64,000 nucleotides of DNA from Eimeria praecox (lineage: Eukaryota). Location: assembly GCA_963920595.1 (NCBI GenBank), contig OY986948.1:4402001-4466000 (forward strand). Reading direction: 5' to 3'. The translations under genes and the position numbers were made by a program. The notes under the pieces are model-generated. The model had not been told where the DNA came from, did not search any database, and was given only the letters and a program-made list of their open reading frames with translations. The number at the start of each line of letters is the position of its first letter. Within the stretch, counting starts at the first letter, position 1. Shown piece by piece: positions 63,735 to 64,000 of the stretch.

Positions 63735-64000
63735 CGTCGGTGAACTTGAATAAGTGGAAACCTGATATTAATTCCTTAAATTTTGTACGATCAACCCGAA
63801 ATATAGAAATAAAATATAATTTTAATCCTATTTTTGAAAATTATTTTAATTTTCAATCATGAAAACAACCAAATTCAACGCCTACACCCGCACTTTGAGG
63901 ACCCCCCCCCCACACTGACTGTGTACTGCAGTCAGTGCAATTAAGAGCTCAACAGACAGCGATTATTTAATAATTTAAAACAATTTAATTCAAAATTGTT

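Noticed and set aside
63404..63862. 152-aa plus-strand ORF
   Set aside because: It is antisense to eIF3K exon 1, has a non-ATG start and shows no recognisable motif.

Overview
This is eukaryotic, intron-rich DNA with the hallmarks of a repeat-rich segment of an Eimeria (coccidian apicomplexan) chromosome: pervasive CAG/CTG triplets, interstitial telomere-like AAACCCT/AGGGTTT heptamers and TGCATGCA octamers. The taxon is inferred from repeat content. Six genes can be reconstructed by hand: (1) the 3' part of an axonemal-type dynein heavy chain (+, 28 exons in the window, 1-19847); (2) a small 3-exon hypothetical gene (-, 20633-23184); (3) CCR4-NOT scaffold NOT1 (-, 24519 to about 39-41 kb); (4) ARV1 (-, 42663-44894); (5) MON2-like (+, 45888-60283); (6) eIF3 subunit K (-, 61580-63734). 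Most ORFs in the supplied track are artefacts of simple repeats. No RNA genes, CRISPR arrays or transposon ORFs are supported. The most unusual signals are in the introns. Telomere-like repeats show strict polarity (AAACCCT next to the donor, AGGGTTT toward the acceptor, never the reverse). Copies of the upstream exon end plus donor site recur inside introns of three different genes, and one array could yield in-frame or poison cassette exons in the dynein stalk. A GGTGTAYRTACACC palindrome recurs in introns, at acceptors and inside exons. All exon coordinates are manual predictions from GT/AG sites, phase and recalled protein motifs, without transcript data.
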